Source of the DNA: Eledone cirrhosa
Taxonomy: Eukaryota
Assembly (NCBI GenBank): GCA_964016885.1
Contig: OZ024744.1
Span: forward strand, 108,996,001-109,060,000
DNA: 64,000 bases
Reading direction: 5' to 3'
The number at the start of each line of letters is the position of its first letter. Position 1 is the stretch's first letter. Both the position numbers and the translations under genes were made by a program. The notes below the pieces were generated by a model. It was not told where the DNA came from and searched no databases. It saw nothing but the letters and a program-made list of their open reading frames with translations. Below are positions 51,337 through 64,000 of this stretch, in pieces.

Positions 51337-52620
51337 TCATCATCATCATCATCATCATCAACGTTTAACGTCCGTGTTCCACGCTTGCATGGGTTTGGAC
51401 GGGGGTAGTCCCACTTGAGGCAAGAGTGATTGTCTTGCTCGCATAGGACTGTCTGGCAGGTTTTCTACAGTTGGATGCCCTTCCTAACACCAACCACATT
51501 TACAGTGTGGGTCTGGGAGGTTTTTACCGTGTTGCCTACACGGCCACATTACAGCGTGGACTGTGTGTTTTTTTGTCGTGACACCTACACGATCTCATTT
51601 GTTTCGGCCTCGAAGGCGCGGCACCAACATAACTTTACATAGAACGGGGTGGTGTGGATCGGGTGGGGGTGGGGGTGGTGGGACGGGGTGTATTTTGTTA
51701 GAGATGCCTACTGGCTGGAGTAGGTTTTACTATATATTTAGGTAAGGCGGGTCTTCTCTGTTACTGAGTACCGCCAAAGGTCTCGGTCCAGTGACATTGT
51801 CTTGGAGAAGTGTAAGTGTGTGATGTCGGAGTTTATCAGCTCGTCCCAGGTTTTTCTAGGTCTGCCTATTCCGTGACTACCGTCTATCTTTATTGCCCTG
51901 CACTTTGTTATACAGCTATCGACTTTCATGCGCATCACGTGTCCATACCAACGTAGCCTTCTCTCGAGTAAACAACATCTGATCCCTCTTATCTCTAATT
52001 TTTTCCTTAGTTCGTTTATGCTTTGCCGTTCACGTATATTACTGTTACACATCCAGCGGAGCATGCAAGCTTCGTTCCTCTCTAGTCTGCGTATATCCTC
52101 TGCACACAATGCCCAGGTCTCACTGCCATGCAGCATTGCTGTTCGTATGCAGGCATCGTACAACCTGCCTTTCATTTTTAGTGAGAACCCTTTAGCAGCT
52201 AATAGTGGTATAAGCTCTCTGAACTTTTTCCAACCAGTTCTGACTCTAGCTACAGTACTTTCAGAGCACCCTCCTCCACTGCTGATTTTATCGCCCAGGT
52301 AACGGAAGCTGTCCACTATTTCTATAGAACCCTCTGCGCAATTGAAAGAGCTAGTAGTTTGTGGGCACTTGCTGCTACTTATTGCACCAGAGCACCGGCC
52401 ACATGTAAAATCTATGTTCTTAGTTAGCTTACCTGTGATCCCACTACATCTTTTATGCACCCATACTTTGCATTTAGGACATAAAATGGAGTTTCTACCT
52501 ACGCCTTTCCTACACACCGAGCACGACCATTTCCCAGAAGGGACCGCCGCCTTGTTTTCTTTCCTACAAACTAGCACTTTGGTCTTAGCCAGGTTAATTT
52601 TAAGTCCTTTTGACTCTAGG
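51335..52620 (-). mobile_element. RTE LINE 3' half (279-aa intact ORF end with Cys-rich insert) plus extended SINE-like 3' UTR
   Basis: CSVCRKGVGRNSILCPKCKVWVHKRC...CGRC, FRYLGD, LHGSETW, RRLRWYGHVMR, GRPRKTW. UTR as in 26713-27096. Confidence 0.92.
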
Positions 52621-52927
52621 CCGTGCTTCGGGGAGGGTCATATTTGTGTAATAATATTGCCAGAATTAATAACAGAACACACTCACTGTTTGGTTGGTTT
52701 TCGCTTCTGTGTCTTTTATATCGGTTAATTTAATTTATTCGGTCCTCAATGTTACCATTGACTGACCAACGGTCAAAAATACAGATACAATATAGACACA
52801 AACACATCATCATCATCATCATCAACGTTTAACGTCCGTGTTCCACGCTTGCATGGGTTTGGACGGGGGTAGTCCCACTTGAGGCAAGAGTGATTTTCTT
52901 GCTCGCATAGGACTGTCTGGCAGGTTT

Positions 52928-52985
<58 letters not shown>

Positions 52986-52997
52986 CCTATCTCTCTC

Positions 52998-53040
<43 letters not shown>

Positions 53041-53048
<8 letters not shown>

Positions 53049-53181
53049 GTGAGATTTGTTTACAAAATGAAAAAAAACCCGAGGTGTCGTACACAAGTGA
53101 AAGTATAAGGAAAAAAGATGAAATCGAAAATGCAACTGGAGTCTTTTTTTTTATAAAAAATATATATTTATTTGGTTCCTT
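53041..53181 (-). mobile_element. Second copy of the 41.1-41.4 kb unit, starting at the predicted ribozyme cleavage site
   Basis: Reverse complement of ~41261-41405, embedded in (TA)n. Flanked further out by outward-facing RTE tails at 52805-52930 and 53473-53600. Confidence 0.8.
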
Positions 53182-54099
53182 ATATATATAGAATAAAAGA
53201 GGAAGTTTCATTTACATACGAAGAATATTTATTGCGTATCGACCTATTACACACATTTTGCAGAGGATTCACTGAAATGTGCTATAATTAACCGTTTTGC
53301 TCTGTGGCGTTATAAAACCACTACGACTGGAAATTTACAAATTAGATTAAACTTTAAATGTTTTTTTGCTAATCTTACTGTGGATAATAATATCACATTT
53401 GAGCTTTAAATATATTTCTCTGCCTTATATAGTTGTGTTATCAACTTATCTGATCTACCTTATATATATATAGGGCATCCAACTGTAGAAAACCTGCCAG
53501 ACAGTCCTATGCGAGCAAGACAATCACTCTTGCCTCAAGTGGGACTACCCCTGTCCAAACCCATGCAAGCGTGGAACACGGACGTTAAACGTTGATGATG
53601 ATACACAGATATACATAGATATTATATAGTCTTGAGTACTCTAGATAATATGTTTTCTCTGGTTGTGCCATTTCCTGTATTTGTATATACATGACTGAAT
53701 GGTTAAGGATTTGACTTCACCACAACTAGGTACTGGCTTTAATATCACTGCATAACACCTTTGCCAAGTGAAATTGTGTAGAAAAAAGCTGTAACTGTAA
53801 CTAAAAATGCTAGCCTAGTGTTATTTGTTGTTTCATGTTGAATCTCCCTGAGAATTATATGAAAGATGCATGTCTAATGGTCAGACACACATTATTTAGT
53901 AGGTTGTTCTGTTGATCAGACAACTAAATACGCAGTGTCAAAATCAACTATAGATCCACCAATATATATGTAAGTCCTGGGCTTTTGATTATGTATTCAT
54001 CTGAAATATTCTTATTGTTATGTGTGCATCCCAGCACAAATGACCATAATAATAGTTGATCACTATAGATAATAGTTGAGAAAATCAGATAAAGTGGAT

Positions 54100-54480
54100 A
54101 ACTTTGCCTGTTGTTGCAGCTGTCATCAGTGTGGCCATTATTTCTTCTGAACTTCCTGTTTTACATCCTGTAGAGCCAGCCAGGTCCAAATTATAGGCCT
54201 GTCACCACATATGATTGACAATATTTCCCATAGTTTCCAGTAGAGGTGAAATATTTGGGATTATGTTGATGTTGCCTTGGATATGATTGGGGAAATTTAT
54301 GATTCCCTTCTTCATGATTAATTCAGTTTTCATATTCCACATTCTGTTGACTGCTGTGGCTCTGTCCACCACTACACACCTCTTATACTACTTGTTCTTG
54401 ATAACTATACTTGGCTTGTTGGATTTTATCTCTTGATCAGTGTGGATGGTCATATCCCAGAGGATTATTCTCATAACTAT
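54100..54480 (-). mobile_element. Degenerate R4/Dong-type fragments
   Basis: ILWDMTIHTDQEIKSNKPSIVIKNK (resembles the ILWD...NRPDIV RLE motif) and RMWNMKT. Confidence 0.65.
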
Positions 54481-54563
54481 TTCCATCAATATCATCATCA
54501 TCATCTTCCTCATCAGTACCATAAGAACTTCAGTGTGTGCTGATACACACTGTTTCTGCGATG

Positions 54564-56250
54564 TAGTGCTGGTGCCACGATAAAAATACTCACACACAGC
54601 CCACCCTGTAATGTGGTAGTGCTGGTGCCACGATAAAATACTCACAGCCCACCCTGTAATGTGGTAGTGCTGGTGCCACGATAAAATACTCACAGCCCAC
54701 CCTGTAATGTGGTAGTGCTGGTGCCACGATAAAAATACTCACACACAGCCCACCCTGTAATGTGGTAGTGCTGGTGCCATGATAAAAATACTCTCACACA
54801 GCCCACCCTGTAATGTGGTAGTGCTGGTGCCACGATAAAAATACTCACACACAGCCCACCCTGTAATGTGGTAGTGCTGGTGCCACGATAAAATACTCAC
54901 AGCCCACCCTGTAATGTGGTAGTGCTGGTGCCACGATAAAATACTCACAGCCCACCCTGTACAGTGGTAGTGCTGGTGCCACGATAAAATACTCACAGCC
55001 CACCCTGTACAGTGGTAGTGCTGATGCCACGATAAAATACTCACAGCCCACCCTGTACAGTGGTAGTGCTGATGCCACGATAAAATACTCACAGCCCACC
55101 CTGTACAGTGGTAGTGCTGGTGCCACGATAAAATACTCACAGCCCACCCTGTACAGTGGTAGTGCTGATGCCACGATAAAATACTCACAGCCCACCCTGT
55201 ACAGTGGTAGTGCTGATGCCACGATAAAATACTCACAGCCCACCCTGTACAGTGGTAGTGCTGATGCCACGATAAAATACTCACAGCCCACCCTGTACAG
55301 TGGTAGTGCTGGTGCCACGATAAAATACTCACAGCCCACCCTGTAATGTGGTAGTGCTGGTGCCACGATAAAATACTCACAGCCCACCCTGTACAGTGGT
55401 AGTGCTGATGCCACGATAAAATACTCACAGCCCACCCTGTACAGTGGTAGTGCTGGTGCCACAATAAAATACTCACAGCCCACCCTGTAATGTGGTAGTG
55501 CTGGTGCCACGATAAAAATACTCACACACAGCCCGCCCTGTACAGTGGTAGTGCTGGTGCCACGATAAAATACTCACAGCCCACCCTGTAATGTGGTAGT
55601 GCTGGTGCCACAATAAAATACTCACAGCCCACCCTGTAATGTGGTAGTGCTGGTGCCACGATAAAATACTCACAGCCCACCCTGTAATGTGGTAGTGCTG
55701 GTGCCACGATAAAATACTCTCAGCCCACCCTGTAATGTGGTAGTGCTGGTGCCACGATAAAATACTCACACACAGCCCACCCTGTAATGTGGTAGTGCTG
55801 ATGCCACGATAAAATACTCACAGCCCACCCTGTACAGTGGTAGTGCTGGTGCCATGATAAAATACTCACAGCCCACCCTGTACAGTGGTAGTGCTGGTGC
55901 CACGATAAAATACTCACAGCCCACCCTGTACAGTGGTAGTGCTGGTGTCACGATAAAATACTCACAGCCCACCCTGTACAGTGGTAGTGCTGGTGCCACG
56001 ATAAAATACTCACAGCCCACTCTGTAATGTGGTAGTGCTGGTGCCACGATAAAATACTCACAGCCCACCCAGTAATGTGGTAGTGCTGGTGCCACGATAA
56101 AATACTCACAGCCCACCCTGTAATGTGGTAGTGCTGGTGCCACGATAAAATACTCACAGCCCACTCTGTAATGTGGTAGTGCTGGTGCCACGATAAAATA
56201 CTCACACACAGCCCACCCTGTAATGTGGTAGTGCTGGTGCCACGATAAAA
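54564..56250. repeat. 48-bp tandem array (some 52-53 bp variants), about 35 copies, related to the SINE internal repeat
   Basis: Unit GTAGTGCTGGTGCCACGATAAAATACTCACAGCCCACCCTGTAATGTG. Confidence 0.95.
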
Positions 56251-56482
56251 AGGACCCATTCCACCCTGGAATGGTAATGGTTTTCTTTTTTCTGTTTGTC
56301 AGGTTTCTGATTCATCAAACTCTTTGTGTTTTTTTAAATTAATCAGCTTCGACAATGCAGTACACCTGATGCTTTACATTTCAATGGGGGTTGGGTCATC
56401 TGTTTTTGCGAAGGGTATGTCCAGCTTAACTCTTTTGTTTTATATAATAAAATCAGCCATGTTTTAGGGTTCCTATTTAAAT

Positions 56483-56700
56483 TGTGAGTTTGATTCCCGG
56501 ACTAGGTAATGTGTTGCGTTCTTGAGCAAGACACTTTGTTACACATTGTTCCAGTTTACTCAGCTAAGATCACTGGTCACAGAGAGAGGAGACAGGTATG
56601 TATGGGTGACTGCTGGTCTTCCACAAATAACCTTGCACAGATTTGTGCCTTGGAGAGGACCTTTCTACGTGAAAAAGTGATGGTTATTCATGACCAGGTG
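56483..56700 (+). mobile_element. CORE-SINE variant with a different 3' part
   Basis: GTGAGTTTGATTCCCGGAC...CTTGAGCAAGACACTTTGTTACACATTGTTCCAGTTTACTCAGCT. Confidence 0.65.
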
Positions 56701-56929
56701 GGGGTGGGGGGATCTTTATCCTTTTACTCCTTTTTATTTAAATTAAAATTCTCCAATATAATTTGATATTAGAACCTTTTGTTAGGATATGTTACAAATA
56801 CCATAATTACTGAAATAATTAATAATTTTTAGAAAATCCCCTCAAAAGTTTCATTAATTCAAATACAGTGTATTTCATTAGAAATATGGTAATGAAAGGA
56901 TTAATAGTTGTAGTCTTGAAAATGAGTTC

Positions 56930-59900
56930 AAGTTGGAGTGGCACTAGATCTCATCCACCTAAAGCTGTTCATAGGTTACAGTCTGTAGACATTCTATGTT
57001 AAAGTTGGAGTGGCACTAGACCTTATCTACCTAAAGCTGTTGATAGGTTACAGTCTGTAGACATTCTATGTTAAAGTTGGAGTGGCACTAGACCTTATCT
57101 ACCTAAAGCTGTTGATAGGTTACAGTCTGTAGACATTCTATGTTAAAGTTGGAGTGGCACTAGATCTTATCTACCTTAAGCTGTTCATAGGTTACAGTCT
57201 GTAGACATCTATGTTAAAGTTGGAGTGGCACTAGATCTTATCTACCTAAAGCTGTTCATAGGTTACAGCCTGTAGACATCTATGTTAAAGTTGGAGTGGC
57301 ACTAGATCTTATCTACCTAAAGCTGTTGATAGGTTACAGTCTGTAGACATTCTATGTTAAAGTTGGAGTGGCACTAGATCTTATCTACCTAAAGCTGTTG
57401 ATAGGTTACAGTCTGTAAACATTCTATGTTAAAGTTGGAGTGGCACTAGATCTCATCTACCTAAAGCTGTTGATAGGTTACAGTCTGTAGACATTCTATG
57501 TTAAAGTTGGAGTGGCACTAGATCTTATCTACCTAAAGCTGTTGATAGGTTACAGCCTGTAGACATCTATGTTAAAGTTGGAGTGGCACTAGATCTTATC
57601 TACCTAAAGCTGCTGATAGGTTACAGTCTGTAGACATTCTATGTTAAAGTTGGAGTGGCACTAGATCTTATCTACCTAAAGCTGTTGATAGGTTACAGTC
57701 TGTAGACATTCTATGTTAAAGTTGGAGTGGCACTAGATCTTATCTACCTAAAGCTGTTGATAGGTTACAGCCTGTAGACATCTATGTTAAAGTTGGAGTG
57801 GCACTAGATCTTATCTACCTAAAGCTGTTGATAGGTTACAGTCTGTAGACATTCTATGTTAAAGTTGGAGTGGCACTAGATCTTATCTACCTAAAGCTGT
57901 TCATAGGTTACAGTCTGTAGACATTCTATGTTAAAGTTGGAGTGGCACTAGATCTTATCTACCTAAAGCTGTTGATAGGTTACAGTCTGTAGACATTCTA
58001 TGTTAAAGTTGGAGTGGCACTAGATCTTATCTACCTAAAGCTGTTCATAGGTTACAGTCTGTAGACATTCTATGTTAAAGTTGGAGTGGCACTAGATCTT
58101 ATCTACCTAAAGCTGTTGATAGGTTACAGTCTGTAGACATTCTATGTTAAAGTTGGAGTGGCACTAGATCTTATCTACCTAAAGCTGTTGATAGGTTACA
58201 GTCTGTAGACATTCTATGTTAAAGTTGGAGTGGCACTAGACCTTATCTACCTAAAGCTGTTGATAGGTTACAGTCTGTAGACATTCTATGTTAAAGTTGG
58301 AGTGGCACTAGATCTTATCTACCTAAAGCTGTTCATAGGTTACAGCCTGTAGACATCTATGTTAAAGTTGGAGTGGCACTAGATCTTATCTACCTAAAGC
58401 TGCTGATAGGTTACAGTCTGTAGACATTCTATGTTAAAGTTGGAGTGGCACTAGATCTTATCTACCTAAAGCTGTTCATAGGTTACAGTCTGTAGACATT
58501 CTATGTTAAAGTTGGAGTGGCACTAGATCTTATCTACCTAAAGCTGTTGATAGGTTACAGTCTGTAGACATTCTATGTTAAAGTTGGAGTGGCACTAGAT
58601 CATATCTACCTAAAGCTGTTCATAGGTTACAGCCTGTAGACATCTATGTTAAAGTTGGAGTGGCACTAGATCTTATCTACCTAAAGCTGTTCATAGGTTA
58701 CAGTCTGTAGACATTCTATGTTAAAGTTGGAGTGGCACTAGATCTCATCTACCTAAAGCTGTTGATAGGTTACAGTCTGTAGACATTCTATGTTAAAGTT
58801 GGAGTGGCACTAGATCTTATCTACCTAAAGCTGTTGATAGGTTACAGTCTGTAGACATTCTATGTTAAAGTTGGAGTGGCACTAGACCTTATCTACCTAA
58901 AGTTGTTGATAGGTTACAGTCTGTAGACATCTATGTTAAAGTTGGAGTGGCACTAGACCTTATCTACCTAAAGTTGTTGATAGGTTACAGTCTGTAGACA
59001 TCTATGTTAAAGTTGGAGTGGCACTAGATCTTATCTACCTAAAGCTGTTGATAGGTTACAGCCTGTAGACATCTATGTTAAAGTTGGAGTGGCACTAGAT
59101 CTTATCTACCTAAAGCTGTTGATAGGTTACAGTCTGTAGACATTCTATGTTAAAGTTGGAGTGGCACTAGATCTTATCTACCTAAAGCTGTTCATAGGTT
59201 ACAGTCTGTAGACATTCTATGTTAAAGTTGGGGTGGCACTAGATCTTATCTACCTAAAGCTGCTGATAGGTTACAGTCTGTAGACATCTATGTTAAAGTT
59301 GGAGTGGCACTAGATCTCATCTACCTAAAGCTGATGATAGGTTACAGTCTGTAGACATTCTATGTTAAAGTTGGAGTGGCACTAGATCTTATCTACCTAA
59401 AGCTGTTGATAGGTTACAGTCTGTAGACATTCTATGTTAAAGTTGGAGTGGCACTAGATCTTATCTACCTAAAGCTGTTGATAGGTTACAGTCTGTAGAC
59501 ATTATATGTTAAAGTTGGAGTGGCACTAGATCTTATCTACCTAAAGCTGTTGATAGGTTACAGTCTGTAGACATTCTATGTTAAAGTTGGAGTGGCACTA
59601 GATCTTATCTACCTAAAGCTGTTGATAGGTTACAGTCTGTAGACATTCTATGTTAAAGTTGGAGTGGCACTAGATCTTATCTACCTAAAGCTGCTGATAG
59701 GTTACAGTCTGTAGACATTCTATGTTAAAGTTGGAGTGGCACTAGATCTCATCTACCTAAAGCTGCTGATAGGTTACAGTCTGTAGACATTCTATGTTAA
59801 AGTTGGAGTGGCACTAGATCTTATCTACCTAAAGCTGTTGATAGGTTACAGTCTGTAGACATTCTATGTTAAAGTTGGAGTGGCACTAGATCTCATCTAC

Positions 59901-61451
59901 CTAAAGCTGCTGATAGGTTACAGTCTGTAGACATTCTATGTTAAAGTTGGAGTGGCACTAGATCTTATCTACCTAAAGTTGTTGATAGGTTACAGCCTGT
60001 AGACATTCTATGTTAAAGTTGGAGTGGCACTAGATCTCATCTACCTAAAGCTGCTGATAGGTTACAGTCTGTAGACATTCTATGTTAAAGTTGGAGTGGC
60101 ACTAGATCTCATCTACCTAAAGCTGCTGATAGGTTACAGTCTGTAGACATTCTATGTTAAAGTTGGAGTGGCACTAGATCTCATCTACCTAAAGCTGCTG
60201 ATAGGTTACAGTCTGTAGACATTCTATGTTAAAGTTGGAGTGGCACTAGATCTTATCTACCTAAAGCTGTTGATAGGTTATAGTCTGTAGACATCTATGT
60301 TAAAGTTGGAGTGGCACTAGATCTCATCTACCTAAAGCTGCTGATAGGTTACAGTCTGTAGACATTCTATGTTAAAGTTGGAGTGGCACTAGATCTCATC
60401 TACCTAAAGCTGTTGATAGGTTACAGTCTGTAGACATCTATGTTAAAGTTGGAGTGGCACTAGATCTTATCTACCTTAAGCTGTTGATAGGTTACAGTCT
60501 GTAGACATTATATGTTAAAGTTGGAGTGGCACTAGATCTCATCTACCTAAAGCTGTTGATAGGTTACAGTCTGTAGACATTCTATGTTAAAGTTGGAGTG
60601 GCACTAGATCTCATCTACCTAAAGCTGTTCATAGGTTACAGTCTGTAGACATTCTATGTTAAAGTTGGAGTGGCACTAGATCTTATCTACCTAAAGCTGC
60701 TGATAGGTTACAGTCTGTAGACATTCTATGTTAAAGTTGGAGTGGCACTAGATCTCATCTACCTAAAGCTGTTGATAGGTTACAGTCTGTAGACATTCTA
60801 TGTTAAAGTTGGAGTGGCACTAGATCTTATCTACCTAAAGCTGTTGATAGGTTACAGCCTGTAGACATTCTATGTTAAAGTTGGAGTGGCACTAGATCTT
60901 ATCTACCTAAAGCTGTTGATAGGTTACAGTCTGTAGACATTCTATGTTAAAGTTGGAGTGGCACTAGATCTCATCTACCTAAAGCTGTTGATAGGTTACA
61001 GTCTGTAGACATTCTATGTTAAAGTTGGAGTGGCACTAGATCTCATCTACCTAAAGCTGTTGATAGGTTACAGTCTGTAGACATTCTATGTTAAAGTTGG
61101 AGTGGCACTAGATCTCATCTACCTAAAGCTGTTGATAGGTTACAGTCTGTAGACATTCTATGTTAAAGTTGGAGTGGCACTAGATCTCATCTACCTAAAG
61201 CTGTTGATAGGTTACAGTCTGTAGACATTATATGTTAAAGTTGGAGTGGCACTAAATCTTATCTACCTAAAGCTGCTGATAGGTTACAGTCTGTAGACAT
61301 TCTATGTTAAAGTTGGAGTGGCACTAGATCTTATCTACCTAAAGTTGTTGATAGGTTACAGTCTGTAGACATCTATGTTAAAGTTGGAGTGGCACTAGAC
61401 CTTATCTACCTAAAGCTGTTGATAGGTTACAGTCTGTAGACATTCTATGTT
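56930..61451. repeat. 72-bp tandem satellite, about 63 copies
   Basis: Unit AAGTTGGAGTGGCACTAGATCTTATCTACCTAAAGCTGTTGATAGGTTACAGTCTGTAGACATTCTATGTTA with 71-bp variants. Confidence 0.97.
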
Positions 61452-62145
61452 ATTGTTATTTCCTATTTATTATAATAATATTTTATGTAATTTGTAAAGA
61501 TTGAATATAAGTAATATTTGTGTTTATTGAGACCATAAGTAGCTATAAAAGTGAGGCAAGAACATATTCAATGTTCAGCAATATAAATGTTATAAAACCT
61601 GGGTGGTAGACTCCCAAGCAAACACATTGACACCCAACCACCAGACTATTCATACTTTAATTTTCTATAATTTCCCTCTTTTTTTTTTATATATGTCGCT
61701 GTTCTTTCTTTCCTTTTGTTTCTCCATTTTTTTTTCTTACTAAATTTTCTTTTAAAAATAAAAATATTTGAACTATAAATAAATAAATTATAAAGGATAT
61801 TTTAAAGAACTTTGACAATATACGAACAATCGTCTGATTGTGGAACCAACCAACCAACCGGAAATTTATAAATTCTTAAATTTATAAATTTAATTTAATT
61901 TATAATAAATTGAAATGGAAGCAACTGGTGCATGTGTTTCTTATTGGCAACATGACCCTCCCAAAGTATAACAATATCGGTTTCAACACGCGTTTTCAGA
62001 TAAAGAATCTTGCTAAACAAATTCAGAAACGAGATATTTTAAACATTAACAACAGTAACATCTACTACTACTACTACTGCTGCTGCTGTTACTACTACTA
62101 CTACTACTGCTGCTGCTGTTGCTGCTGTTACTACTACTACTACTG

Positions 62146-62190
<45 letters not shown>

Positions 62191-62329
62191 GTAACAGTAG
62201 TAGTAGTAGCAGTAGTAGCAGTAATAACAGCAGCTGCAGCATTTTATGTTATTACTTTTCTTAATGTTTCTTTGACGATATCCTAGAAAATAAAACTATG
62301 CGTAATTTGGTTATGTTGGAGATGTAAGG

Positions 62330-62710
62330 ACCAGTATGACACAGGACCGTGACCTCTGGCGTCACGCAGTAATATAGAAGACCCGACTTATCACGGGAAC
62401 AAGCTGACGCCGAAGCATACAGACAATATGCCCCCATCCCCTCCCACTGCAAAGTGGTCGTGGAGGTGTCATGACAAAAAAGCACCCAGCCCACACTGTA
62501 AAGTGGTCGTGTAGGTGCCATGGTAAAAAAAGCACCCAGCACTCACTGTAAATGAGGTTGGTGTTAGGGCATTTAGCTGTAGAAATCAAGCCAAAATCAG
62601 TTCTGTATGGGCAAAGCAAGGTCACCTGACCTAGCATTGCCCACAACACGACAACCTGTCTAGTCCATGCTAGCGTGGAAGAATGGACATACAACGGTGA
62701 TGATGATGAT
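62330..62710 (+). mobile_element. SINE-like / RTE 3' UTR segment, homologue of 3330-3690
   Basis: GCAGTAATATAGAAGAC...GAAGCATACAGACAATATGCCCCCA, internal repeats, tail ...GGACATACAACGGTGATGATG. Confidence 0.75.
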
Positions 62711-63614
62711 ATATATATTTGCTTATACCTATTACACTTTATATATGAAGATGATATATATATATATATACACATACATACACACACAAATGCACCCAGT
62801 ACACTCTGTAATGTGGTTGGTGATAGGAAAGAAATCAAGCTGTAGAAACCATGCCAAACAAAGGATTTGGAGGAGTGTTCAGATATGTCAAAAACCTCCT
62901 TTGTGCTGGTGTTGCAATAAAATGTATCCAGTGTAAACTGTGCAGTGTGATACCCTAAGTGGGATGCCCTCCCCTCTCCACACAAACACGCACTGTGGGG
63001 TTAGTAGTTCTGATTGGCCAAATTTGCTGATGATACACACCCTCACACACTCTTCCATCAGCAGGACACAAACACAAATAAATGTGAACAAACTCAGGAA
63101 GTAGCCAATATGTTTGTTGGGTTTTTATGCTCTTCTTTGTCCAATATTCTTTGTCTTGTTCACTGAATATATAAAGAGGTTTTTAACTATTTACGACTGT
63201 TATTCATTCTATCTTATAGGTTATCCGTCTTACAGCAATGCTGAAAAATCTCATTAAATACATATGTCCATATATATTGCATGGGGACAATCCCACTCTC
63301 TGAACATATCTTTTGCTCTTTTATCTGTTCCAGCTATCTGGCTGAGGCCATGCTGGGGCATTGCCTGCATTGAATACATTTACCCCAAAAGAACTGGTCA
63401 TCATCATTGAATGCAAACAAAGTCTCCTAGAGAGATGTCTAAATGAAGACTAGGAGTCTCTCGATCCACAAAAAAAAAAAAAAAAAAAAAAAAACTTTAT
63501 TAAAATGTATTGCATACATATGTACATACATACACATATACATACCAACATACATACATATACACACATGTGTACATGCATACGTACATACATACCAACA
63601 TACATGCATGTACA

Positions 63615-63785
63615 TACGAAGTTCGGTTGAAAAGTTCATAGGCTGTCTATGAAGGAGCGATGATAGAGCTGTGAAAGTTTGCATTTCAACTGTTCTTATT
63701 AATAACTGCATTGTTTCTTTCAAGGGACTATGTTGCAGAATACACCTCATTTGGTCATTCCATGAGAGTATCGGCTGACTCTTGT
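63615..63785. mobile_element. Possible mariner-type MITE end
   Basis: TA|CGAAGTTCGGTTGAAAAGTTCATAGGCTG resembles mariner left termini. No partner TIR found. Confidence 0.35.
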
Positions 63786-64000
63786 ACACACACACATACA
63801 TACATGCACACATACACATTCATATGTATGTATATCATTGGGGTTTACCAGATAGGGGCATAGAAGGGTTTGTGGGATTTAGTTCGTGAGCAATATGGTT
63901 TTAGTGTCTGTAGAAGTATGGTTTACATTTAATTGGGTTCAAGGTTAGCTTGGATTTAATCTGGATACATGTATTCACACACACACACATGATGTAGTGG

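Noticed and set aside
54739-56259. Long His/Cys/Trp-rich repeat ORFs (up to 245 aa)
   Set aside because: The 48-bp unit is a multiple of 3 without stops on that strand, frames are broken by 52-53 bp variants, and the unit is SINE-derived.

Overview
AT-rich, repeat-saturated animal DNA with no recognisable host protein-coding exon. The SINE/LINE repertoire and microsatellite load look cephalopod (octopus-like); this is an inference, not a database result. Contents: (i) seven tandem arrays with units of 44, 26/32, 95, 82, 61, 48 and 72 bp, plus a 61-bp array inside a MITE, several visibly amplified from pieces of transposons; (ii) two tRNA-derived SINE families, one a CORE-type SINE with an RTE-derived (GAT)n tail and one with an (ATT)n tail; (iii) degenerate LINE fragments of the RTE, R4/Dong, Tx1/L1 and CR1 types; (iv) hAT, Tc1/mariner, piggyBac-like and Helitron-like non-autonomous elements. 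The main signal invisible in the ORF track is a dispersed set of type I hammerhead ribozyme motifs: five well formed and several degenerate. They sit in short non-coding units beside (TA)n tracts. Two units form inverted pairs, and one related copy begins exactly at the predicted self-cleavage site. An RTE 5' end also folds on paper into an HDV-like nested double pseudoknot with atypical P3/P1.1. All folds were derived by eye.
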